This document shows positions 42,162 to 54,500 of a stretch of 64,000 nt of DNA, one piece after another (position 1 is the stretch's first letter; each line of letters opens with the position of its first letter). Source of the DNA: Tubulanus polymorphus. Its lineage: Eukaryota > Animalia > Nemertea. A program made the position numbers and the translations under genes. Below the pieces are notes generated by a model that did no database searches, was not told the DNA's origin, and saw only the letters and a list, made by a program, of their open reading frames with translations. Where the stretch lies: positions 26,136,150-26,200,149 of the forward strand of contig NC_134026.1 of the NCBI RefSeq assembly GCF_964204645.1, given 5' to 3'.

Positions 42162-42770
42162 ATGAAGATCATATTTTGGTTATCACTCCTGATAACCGTA
42201 CTTTCTTGCGTATCATTCACTTTCGCCGAAGTTCCATCTGACATCACCACAGAAATGGTGAATGAATACTGCGAGGGGCCATATGTGAAAGGTGCTACAC
42301 GTAACTGGTGGCGATGGCACCATCATAGACGTCGACACAGATTCAGAGCCCAGGGACCGCCACAAACTTGGATCGATGAGCAGATAGAAAATTGCAAAGA
42401 CGCAGCAACGAGTGACGAAAAGATTCAGAGTCGAATCCGTTTATTTGCACTGAACGGTGCCCTTAATGATTTAGTAGCGAAAGCCTGGGATGCTGACCGT
42501 GAAAGTTTGACTGCTGAATTTGACGCCGTTATTAATATTTTCAAGGCGTACGTTGGAAGTGAAATAGCCACGCCTCCAGCTGATCTATCAACCTGTAGAC
42601 CAATGGATAAAGAACCGAAGAATAAAGATTCACTCATCAAAAGATTCCTGAAAATTGCAAAAGCTGTAAAAGCTGGTCGCAATACCAACAATTTCCACCA
42701 AACATTGGGTGACGTATTATTGAAACTTCTTCCTCATGATCGGACCGAAGATTGCCCGTTGCCGGCATAA
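42162..42770 (+). CDS. Orphan secreted protein (202 aa), single coding exon, with a Trp/His/Arg-rich segment
   Basis: Uninterrupted ORF with signal peptide MKIIFWLSLLITVLSCVSFTFA, 4 mature Cys, WWRWHHHRRRHRFR; likely 5'UTR intron (GTAAGT at 41992, AG ending 42153); AATAAA ~42817; a paralogue lies 500 bp downstream. Confidence 0.8.
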   Translation: MKIIFWLSLLITVLSCVSFTFAEVPSDITTEMVNEYCEGPYVKGATRNWWRWHHHRRRHRFRAQGPPQTWIDEQIENCKDAATSDEKIQSRIRLFALNGALNDLVAKAWDADRESLTAEFDAVINIFKAYVGSEIATPPADLSTCRPMDKEPKNKDSLIKRFLKIAKAVKAGRNTNNFHQTLGDVLLKLLPHDRTEDCPLPA

Positions 42771-43266
42771 ATCTAACACTCCGAACTCTTTATCAGCGTG
42801 TGCATTATTTTCACTAAATAAAGATGAATAATCAAGAAAGCCGTATAGTGTCTAATCGTCTGTTTCTGTATCGATAGCAGCGCAAGAAAGTCCTTATTAT
42901 AGGCACATGGCACGGAGGGGGGGGGGCGGAGAGCGCAAGCCGACACGTAGTTAGTTACCTAATCGTTGGTGGTAAGCTTTTTATAATCGGATGGGCTTAT
43001 ACCAACTGTGGTTTGTGAAAATATCCGATTGTGAAACTAAACCACAGACAGGTTACTGACTATCCGACACGCTACACCTGATCGACGGTAGATTCCTGGA
43101 TTTTCATTTTCGTGATTTGTTGCATTGTAGGGTCCAATTAAATCCACTAGTTTATTCCATATTTTGGCACGAGTACCAGATGCCAGATTGTGTTCCTTTA
43201 CGAAAATAGCGTTCTACGATTTCCTTGAAAATTAAAATCATTTCAGATATCTTTTGGCTGGTGAAA

Positions 43267-43545
43267 ATGAAAATATTGTCAGTGCTGCTGCTACTGTTAA
43301 TGTTGACGTATGTAATTGCCGTGGTACCCAGCGATATAACCCCGGAGTTGGTGACAAAATTCTGTTCAGGTCCGTATGTTCGATGGCGCATACGGAAAAA
43401 AGTGAAACTGCCGGAGAGTGTTAGAGCAACTTGTGTAAAACCCGAGGAGTATTGGTTGAAACAATGCAAAGAAAGGGCCGAAAGCAATCAACGACTTCAG
43501 CAAAACATTCGTCGATTTGGTAATAGACAAAAAAAGAAAAACTGA
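43267..43545 (+). CDS. Shorter or truncated paralogue of the 42162 secreted protein (possible pseudogene)
   Basis: MKILSVLLLLLMLTYVIA-VVPSDITPELVTKFCSGPYVRW aligns with EVPSDITTEMVNEYCEGPYVKG; similarity runs to QQNIRRF (vs QSRIRLF), then a GT at 43520 with no recognisable C-terminal half before the transposon. Confidence 0.7.
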   Translation: MKILSVLLLLLMLTYVIAVVPSDITPELVTKFCSGPYVRWRIRKKVKLPESVRATCVKPEEYWLKQCKERAESNQRLQQNIRRFGNRQKKKN

Positions 43546-44365
43546 ATTGATTGAATTAAATTAGACTGATTGAGATAATAATTGTAATCATTTCAAAATA
43601 ATCACGTGAAAATATCTTGCATTACGGTTTTAGTATTATCTGTGGATTAGTTGCTTTCGACACCTAAGGAGAGGCGGAGATCATCATGAAAATTGCCCGC
43701 GAACCCCACCTGAAAAAAAAACTTTGACTATTTTGTAACAAGATATGGCTCTGCGAGCGGGATGCCGCGATCGTATTCCGCTACCAAAAAGAGGAAAACA
43801 ATTTCAACTCGTACAGAATAGATTAATCAATTTACCCGGTGGGCAAATCGAATTGGTCACGGGTCCAACCGGGTCCGAAATCGCGCGCGAGTCGGGGGTA
43901 CTAACATCCTCGCTTGCCAGGGGTCCGGTGTCACAGTACAAGTGGTATCCCACTCATTACAGGCACCCCCTGATTGCGCATGCGCGTGGGATTCCACTGC
44001 TTGTTTACCGCAAACGAGTAAAAGCCATCCCCGTACTAGAGGCATCCCCTTCTTTTGTACCAATTCAATTCAATTTATTGATGCTTTGATTCATCAAACA
44101 ATTACCAATTATTTATTGTTTGTTTTTGAATAAAATCACTCGCAATGAAAAAAATACTACGTAACAATGCATTCAGTAATGAATGCTTCGGCAGTTGCAT
44201 TTTATAAGCATCAAAACCGTAAATTTAAAAAGTAATCAGACAATTCCGTTTTTTCAAATACTAAAATATATTTTATTTTCAATATTTAACGATATTTACA
44301 TTTCCAGTAAAACATAAGAATAACGCATATAAACATGATAACATAAATGATAGTATCTACTAGTA

Positions 44366-47300
44366 TCTATAAAACATGATATTAATGATATTTTGAATAA
44401 GATACATTCTGATTAACCATTACTTATGACTTAAAAGGAGGGGATGCATGTAATACCGTACCATCTGACAGTATTAGAGCTACCCCCTAACAGATTGATA
44501 TTAAAACAACTATTGCAATTAATAACTTCAAAATCTATAATAAAACATGATATTAATGATATTTTGAATAAGATACATTCTGATTAACCATTACTTATGA
44601 CTTAAAAGGAGGGGATGCATGTAATACCGTACCAGCTGACAGTATTTGAGCTACCCCCTAATAGATTGATATTAAAACAACTATATTGCAATTAATAACT
44701 TCAAAATCTATAATAAAACATGATATTAATGATATTTTGAATAAGATACATTCTGATTAACCATTACTTATGACTTAAAAGGAGGGGATGCATGTAATAC
44801 CGTACCATCTGACAGTATTAGAGCTACCCCCTAACAGATTGATATTAAAACAACTATTGCAATTAATAACTTCAAAATCTATAATAAAACATGATATTAA
44901 TGATATTTTGAATAAGATACATTCTGATTAACCATTACTTATGACTTAAAAGGAGGGGATGCATGTAATACCGTACCATCTGACAGTATTAGAGCTACCC
45001 CCTAACAGATTGATATTAAAACAACTATTGCAATTAATAACTTCAAAATCTATAATAAAACATGATATTAATGATATTTTGAATAAGATACATTCTGATT
45101 AACCATTACTTATGACTTAAAAGGAGGGGATGCATGTAATACCGTACCATCTGACAGTATTAGAGCTACCCCCTAACAGATTGATATTAAAACAACTATT
45201 GCAATTAATAACTTCAAAATCTATAATAAAACATGATATTAATGATATTTTGAATAAGATACATTCTGATTAACCATTACTTAAAAGGAGGGGATGCATG
45301 TAATACCGTACCATCTGACAGTATTAGAGCTACCCCCTAACAGATTGATATTAAAACAACTATTGCAATTAATAACTTCAAAATCTATAATAAAACATGA
45401 TATTACTGATTTTTTGAATAAGATACATTCTGATTAACCATTACTTATGACTTAAAAGGAGGGGATGCATGTAATACCGTACCATCTGACAGTATTAGAG
45501 CTACCCCCTAACAGATTGATATTAAAACAACTATTGCAATTAATAACTTCAAAATCTATAATAAAACATGATATTAATGATATTTTGAATAAGATACATT
45601 CTGATTAACCATTACTTTAAAGGAGGGGATGCATGTAATACCGTATCAGCTGACCGTATTAGAGCTACCCCCTAACAGATTGATATTAAAACAACTATTG
45701 CAATTAATAACTTCAAAATCTATAATAAAACGTGATATTAATGATATTTTGAATAAGATACATTCTGATTAACCATTACTTATGACTTAAAAGGAGGGGA
45801 TGCATGTAATACCGTACCATCTGACAGTATTATAGCTACCCCCTAATAGATTGATATTAAAACAACCAGGGCAATTAATAACTTCATAATCCAAAATAAA
45901 ACATGATATTAATGATATTTTGAATAAGATACATTGTGATTAACCATTACTTATGACTTAAAAGGAGGGGATGCATGTAATACCGTACCATCTGACAGTA
46001 TTAGAGCTACCCCCTAACAGATTGATATTAAAACAACTATTGCAATTAATAACTTCAAAATCTATAATAAAACATGATATTAATGATATTTTGAATAAGA
46101 TACATTCTGATTAACCATTACTTATGACTTAAAAGGAGGGGATGCATGTAATACCGTACCATCTGACAGTATTAGAGCTACCCCCTAACAGATTGATATT
46201 AAAACAACTATTGCAATTAATTACTTCAAAATCTATAATAAAACATGATATTAATGATATTTTGAATAAGATACATTCTGATTAACCATTACTTAAAAGG
46301 AGGGGATGCATGTAATACTGTACCATCTGACAGTATTAGAGCTACCCCCTAACAGATTGATATTAAAACAACTATTGCAATTAATAACTTCAAAATCTAT
46401 AATAAAACATGATATTACTGATATTTTGAATAAGATACATTCTGATTAACCATTACTTATGACTTAAAAGGAGGGGATGCATGTAATACCGTACCATCTG
46501 ACAGTATTAGAGCTACCCCCTAACAGATTGATATTAAAACAACTATTGCAATTAATAACTTCAAAATCTATAATAAAACATGATATTAATGATATTTTGA
46601 ATAAGATTCATTCTGATTAACCATTACTTATGACTTAAAAGGAGGGGATGCATGTAATACCGTACCATCTGACAGTATTAGAGCTACCCCCTAACAGATT
46701 GATATTTAAACAACTATTGCAATTAATAACTTCAAAATCTATAATAAAACATGATATTAATGATATTTTGAATAAGATACATTCTGATTAACCATTACTT
46801 ATGACTTAAAAGGAGGGGATGCATGTAATACCGTACCATCTGACAGTATTAGAGCTACCCCCTAACAGATTGATATTAAAACAACTATTGCAATTAATAA
46901 CTTCAAAATCTATAATAAAACATGATATTAATGATATTTTGAATAAGATACATTCTGATTAACCATTACTTAAAAGGAGGGGATGCATGTAATACCGTAC
47001 CATCTGACAGTATTAGAGCTACCCCCTAACAGATTGATATTAAAACAACTATTGCAATTAATAACTTCAAAATCTATAATAAAACATGATATTACTGATA
47101 TTTTGAATAAGATACATTCTGATTAACCATTACTTATGACTTAAAAGGAGGGGATGCATGTAATACCGTACCATCTGACAGTATTAGAGCTACCCCCTAA
47201 CAGATTGATATTAAAACAACTATTGCAATTAATTACTTCAAAATCTATAATAAAACATGATATTAATGATATTTTGAATAAGATACATTCTGATTAACCA

Positions 47301-48360
47301 TTACTTAAAAGGAGGGGATGCATGTAATACTGTACCATCTGACAGTATTAGAGCTACCCCCTAACAGATTGATATTAAAACAACTATTGCAATTAATAAC
47401 TTCAAAATCTATAATAAAACATGATATTACTGATATTTTGAATAAGATACATTCTGATTAACCATTACTTATGACTTAAAAGGAGGGGATGCATGTAATA
47501 CCGTACCATCTGACAGTATTAGAGCTACCCCCTAACAGATTGATATTAAAACAACTATTGCAATTAATAACTTCAAAATCTATAATAAAACATGATATTA
47601 ATGATATTTTGAATAAGATTCATTCTGATTAACCATTACTTATGACTTAAAAGGAGGGGATGCATGTAATACCGTACCATCTGACAGTATTAGAGCTACC
47701 CCCTAACAGATTGATATTTAAACAACTATTGCAATTAATAACTTCAAAATCTATAATAAAACATGATATTAATGATATTTTGAATAAGATACATTCTGAT
47801 TAACCATTACTTAAAAGGAGGGGATGCATGTAATACTGTACCATCTGACAGTATTAGAGCTACCCCCTAACAGATTGATATTAAAACAACTATTGCAATT
47901 AATAACTTCAAAATCTATAATAAAACATGATATTACTGATATTTTGAATAAGATACATTCTGATTAACCATTACTTATGACTTAAAAGGAGGGGATGCAT
48001 GTAATACCGTACCATCTGACAGTATTAGAGCTACCCCCTAACAGATTGATATTAAAACAACTATTGCAATTAATAACTTCAAAATCTATAATAAAACATG
48101 ATATTAATGATATTTTGAATAAGATACATTCTGATTAACCATTACTTATGACTTAAAAGGAGGGGATGCATGTAATACCGTACCATCTGACAGTATTAGA
48201 GCTACCCCCTAATAGATTGATATTAAAACAACCAGGGCAATTAATAACTTCAAAATCCAAAATAAAACATGATATTTTGAATAAAATACATTCTGATTAA
48301 CCATTACTCATGACTTTAAAGGGATGTTATACTGTACCAGCTGACAGTTTTAGAGGTATC
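44366..48360 (+). repeat. 171-bp tandem satellite array, left arm (~23 monomers)
   Basis: Monomer ATAATAAAACATGATATTAATG...GGAGGGGATGCATG...CTTCAAAATCT; period 171 (e.g. 44881 to 45052), 164-bp variants lacking 7 bp. Confidence 0.97.
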
Positions 48361-48555
48361 GCATTATAGAATGACAGATAAAATGATATCAAAACATAAA
48401 GGACATTTTTTACTGTCAAACTACCTGACCTGACGATAGTATAGCTCAAAATGATATCACAACTAATTATTAGAATTCATAACTGCAAAATAAAAAAATC
48501 AACTATGATAATCTTTGGATTCTTACGAAGATACATTTTGTAAAATGACGAAGCA

Positions 48556-51500
48556 TTAGTACGTTGGTTTTAAGCCCTTTTGCAAAATTTCAATACATTC
48601 TTCATCAGATATAACAACATCTGATGGCATAAAGATATTTCCATCAAATTCAGGGTATTTTCTCAAAATACAAGTGGCGTTAGGGTGGAAATAACCAACT
48701 CTCCAGGAATCCCTCTTGCTGGCAGATTTTTTATCAAAGAATTGATAATTTCCATATGAAGCCACAACCAGTCTCGATTTAAGATCCGTAGGGCAGCCTT
48801 GGCATCGCTTTATTCTCGTCGATCTTTCCTTCATGTAAAATGGCGCTGAAAAATAATACATTATTGATATGTTAAAGCGCTAAAATGAGACGTGTTACAG
48901 CTTTCATGTCGTTATTTTCAAATTACCTATATCTTTTTCTTGTTTACTAGTTCTTTCCTTTTTCGGTAACTCCATCTTTCCGCCTAGAAAAGTCAATGTA
49001 ATTGTCAAAAATAACCGATACAGATGTAATAACTAAATTCAAATCTGTGAAAAGTATACCTGTTTCTTTTTTCTTCTTTTTTACAGCTTTTCGCATTTTC
49101 GTACCTACAAATTGTACACATATATGTATATACAAGACCATACCTCTCCTACTTAATTCGTTATATACGAACATAATTATGTTCGTGGTCACAAATGCGC
49201 TACATCAAATTAGTAATCTGATTGAATAGAATTAAGAAATGCAGAATTAACAGACCTGCAGTTTTGTTGTCACATGCAGTGGTATTCTCGAACTCAAAAT
49301 CACTCGTTTTTCTTCGTTTTGGTGGAACTATGTCTGGTAATTCATTATCTGTAATATAGAAAAACAGGGTACTTTAGGACGACTCTATTTCATAGTACTA
49401 ACTTTCTACTACAGTAGGCCTATCATAATGATTCCTTGGCGAATGTTTGTCTCCATCTGTAATCCATCTTGCAATAAATTATGGACATTCCCGGTATCCT
49501 GACATATTGAACTTACTAGTAACGAACTCTGCATCATGAAGCTCATTTTCATTTTGGACGAGGGACACATCAGGAAAGTTACCTGAAGAAAAGTTTCTAT
49601 TCAATTTATCTTCATTCTCCGTTGGTCTTTTACTCTTACTTTAAAATTAGGATTGTGCGCGCGACATGTGTAGTGAGTAGATACCTCGGAGCTAGAACCA
49701 ACTTAATTATTTCTCCTTAGTCTTAACTAAGTACACTGTGAAAAAATTATCATTGATTTTCTTTCGTAAGATTTTTCATCAAATTATCCTAAGACTTTAA
49801 TAACTCCTATAATAATATAATGTTATAAATGGAATCATTCTGGGTAAACCAGGTCGACCAAATGAATCATGCCAGCCAACCGATTGGAGTCTTCCCAGTC
49901 TTCCTCAAAGTTTGATACATTGTTATGCAACAGCAATTCATTATAACTCACCATTTCCTATAGGATTTCCTTGATTTTCTTGTTCGCCTGAATAAAAATG
50001 AATGCAAATATATTCATTAAAGAATTAATATAATAGATAGAAAAGATATTCGCGAGACTGATCTTTGCTTACTGTCAATAGCTTTGCAGTACTTGCAAAA
50101 AAACATCACACTGCTTGCAATGTTGCTGCCTATCAGGGGTATTTGTCTGTTGTAGCAAGCTAGGTGAAACCACCTAAAGCATCTATCACAGCCAATCTGA
50201 TTGAAAATGATAAATCAAATAAACTGGGAACATTTCTAAACATTCACCACGAATAGAAGAAAAATTGTATAATATCAATTAGTGTCAACGGAAACTTACC
50301 CAATCGGTAACATGAATTGAGCTTGCATGACAACATAGACAGCACATCTTTGAAGGATCTGTAGCTATTGAATGAAAATACACTGTAATTTCAATTTCAG
50401 GTAAAGGAATGTGTATATCTTTATTGCGTACTGTTCACCTTTCTTACCTATCGATCCCATGAGCCACATGGCTATCTCAAATCGGTACTGATCGATCGCA
50501 GAACTAGTATTGTCAAACTCAAGGGTTTCATTTGCCAAAATACTCTCTGCAAACTACAGAATATCGCAGAATATAATCAATTATAGTGTGAGGCCTATTT
50601 GATTAACAAACACGGTCTCCTGCAAGTTATTTAGATACAGGGTATACCATAATTAAACTTGTTAATATCAATAATATCCCTGTATATAAAGTCCTTTCAT
50701 ATACCTTGAGAACAAAGACTCCACATGATGATGAATCTAGCTGCTTTGAGTGTTTGACGGTCCTCAACCTCCAGTTTCCCATTGACTTGACACTCTTGAT
50801 GGCGATTGTGTTTTTAAAAACGGTTATCAATTCCTCTTTTAGTTCGCCCAATGAATTGAGATACAAGATCTCTTTCGTATTTGTCTGTATGATCTGCAGA
50901 TATAATGAATTTTAAAGCAATTATAAGTTCTATGTTCAGTTCTATGTGATTTGATTAAGTACCATGAGTGTCCAGTGACCACCATGTAACAATGGGCATA
51001 GCCATACTTCTTTTTCTGCCAATGATCTCTGAAATATAAGAATATCTTTTTAAAAACTGTCACATGAAATGACATTAGATAAATCCTTGGATAATACTTC
51101 TAACGTTACTTCCTAAGAATTCCAGCTTATTCTATTTCATGGTTACACAAACTTACCAATGCACCCGGCAATCGGCGTCTATCACCAAATATCATTGGCG
51201 ACAAAATATGGCTACTCTGTACTCCAATCGTCTAAAACCATAATGTTTATTTCAATGAATTCAAGAAATTTTCAATAAGCAGTACCGCGGTAATTTGTTT
51301 AATTGGTACATACGAATGTACACTTCAAACTTTCCATACTTACTTTCGATTCCGTCGAATACTTTAACGTTAAATGATTGAGCCCTTGAAAAACAGCCTG
51401 AAAAAGGAATACGTTTAATCAACCCAGAAAAAATCAAAAAATTGTAAGAGCTTTATACTTACTTCATCATTGAGCTGTTCATTTTTTTTTAATGAAAATA

Positions 51501-54500
51501 TTGTCGCATCCGACAACGGTACTCCTCTTACGGTAAACAATTTTCCAAAGTAGTAGTCCTTCGGACCATATTCCCAGGTCGTATAAACCACTGAAAGACA
51601 GAAATCATACATTCATGATAATTATCATCGCCATTGACTGTGGGCACAATGTGAGAAACTGTTTTCTTACGAGTATCATCTGAAGGTACTGCTGCTTCTT
51701 TTGCGATCGGTACAGACATTTCTATCTCTTCCGTATCACTTATATTTATTATTTCTGTAAATAGACAGGGAATTTATTAAAAGATGGGAAAAATGTTTAG
51801 AATTTTGTCTATTATACCAACGATATTCTATGTACACACCAGCGTTGTTGTCCACGATGTCGTCACCAGCCTGGACTTCAGTGTCATCAATTAAACCATC
51901 TAGAACAGAATTAATTGACGATGACATTCAACATAATTATTATTTACAAACTTCCCAAATTAATTCATTCATTCTTAAACTTCTGTTTTATTCTGTACAC
52001 ACCAGCGTTGTTGTCCACGATGTCGTCACCAGCCTGGACTTCAGTGTCATCAATTAAACCATCTAGAACAGAATTAATTGACGATGACATTCAACATAAT
52101 CATTATTTACAAACTTTAGAATTAATTAATTCATTCTTAAACTTTTGTTTTATTCTGTACACACCAGCGTTGTTGTCCACGATATCGGCACCAGCCTGGA
52201 CTTCAGTGTCATCAATTAAACCATCTAGAACAGAATTAATTGACGATGACATTCAACATAATCATTATTTACAAACTTTAGAATTAATTAATTCATTCTT
52301 AAACTTTTGTTTTATTCTGTACACACCAGCGTTGTTGTCCACGATGTCGTCACCAGCCTGGACTTCAGTGTCATCAATTAAACCATCTAGAACAGAATAT
52401 AATTGACGATGACATTCAACATAATCATTATTTACAAACTTTAGAATTAATTAATTCATTCTTAAACTTTTGTTTTATTCTGTACACACCAGCGTTGTTG
52501 TCCACGATGTCGTCACCAGCCTGGACTTCAGTGTCATCAATTAAACCATCTAGAACAGAATTAATTGACGATGACATTCAACATAATCATTATTTACAAA
52601 CTTTAGAATTAATTAATTCATTCTTAAACTTTTGTTTTATTCTGTACACACCAGCGTTGTTGTCCACGATATCGGCACCAGCCTGGACTTCAGTGTCATC
52701 AATTAAACCATCTAGAACAGAATTAATTGACGATGACATTCAACATAATCATTATTTACAAACTTTAGAATTAATTAATTCATTCTTAAACTTTTGTTTT
52801 ATTCTGTACACACCAGCGTTGTTGTCCACGATATCGGCACCAGCCTGGACTTCAGTGTCATCAATTAAACCATCTAGAACAGAATTAATTGACGATGACA
52901 TTCTACATAATCATTATTTACAAACTTTAGAATTAATTAATTCATTCTTAAACTTTTGTTTTATTCTGTACACACCAGCGTTGTTGTCCACGATGTCGTC
53001 ACCAGCCTGGACTTCAGTGTCATCAATTAAACCATCTAGAACAGAATTAATTGACGATGACATTCAACATAATCATTATTTACAAACTTTAGAATTAATT
53101 AATTCATTCTTAAACTTTTGTTTTATTCTGTACACACCAGCGTTGTTGTCCACGATATCGGCACCAGCCTGGACTTCAGTGTCATCAATTAAACCATCTA
53201 GAACAGAATTAATTGACGATGACATTCAACATAATCATTATTTACAAACTTTAGAATTAATTAATTCATTCTTAAACTTTTGTTTTATTCTGTACACACC
53301 AGCGTTGTTGTCCACGATGTCGTCACCAGCCTGGACTTCAGTGTCATCAATTAAACCATCTAGAACAGAATATAATTGACGAAGACATTCAACATAATTA
53401 TTATTTACAAACTTCCAAAATTGATTCATTATGAACTATTGGTTTATTCTGTACATACCAGAGATGTTACTGTCGACTTCCGTGTCAGCATTTGCCTTCA
53501 AACCTTCTAAAACAAAAGATTTTAATTACTTTTCATTATCAGTACATGTCTTCACGAGTATGATGTCTTTAATTCATTAAGATACTCAACTCTTCTTTAG
53601 AAGGTTTCTTGGAATATACTCAGTGATTAAATCTCTGGTGGGCATCAAGTGTTTCAAAGACACTTTTCTGCCCAGAGGTCTACCATCTTTCAATAATATC
53701 GCTGATTTGCCAACAATCTCTTCAATAGTCAACGTCTCCTCGTGGAAGTTAGATTCCAAGAAACCACCTTTCCTCCCAATATTTTCTGCTTTGTACCTAA
53801 TATATATACCATATATTCAATGCAACACGTAATAATACATACATAAAACTATAGGCATGGTATGGAACTAATACCTGTAGACCTTGTCTCCAACTTTGAG
53901 GCTCTTCGCTCCTTTATTTTGCCGCCTATCGTAATTAATTTTTTGACGAGTTTGGGCCTTTTCAATATTTTGCCTCGCGGTCTGTTCAATTTTCTCATGA
54001 ATGGATAAAATATTGGCTTCAGTATTTCCGTTTTCTTCAACTCCCTGGATATATAAGGTAAATATAGGAAAATGAGACATATTTTAACAAAATTCAGCAT
54101 CTTTATACAAAAATTCGAACTGAAAAAATTGATTTTACCGAGTATTCTTCAGTAACCTCTGGTACCTCAATTCCATTCCTGGCAACTCTTCCATACATAA
54201 CATAAAACGGAGACATTTTCGTGCTGCTGTGTGGCTTCGTATTAATGGAGTAAGTGGCACTGTTTAAGTAATCGTCCCAATCATTTTTTTTAGAATTAAC
54301 TAAATGCTTTAATCTCCTAAAATACAATAATGTAAGAATGACATAATACATGAAAATAGATCTGTCTGATGTTATATTTCCGTATTTTCACGTACTGTTT
54401 TAGAGTTTGATTTGTCCGTTCATCGAGTCCATTGGTTTGTGGGTGGTAGGCAGCGGTGACACAATGTTTCGTACCCATCATTTTCAATAACTCATCATTC

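Noticed and set aside
51915-53379. Plus-strand 163-aa and 294-aa repetitive ORFs
   Set aside because: Shadow of a 162-bp (multiple of 3) repeat; broken by 1-bp indels, whereas the minus-strand exon has splice sites and fits the transposase frame.
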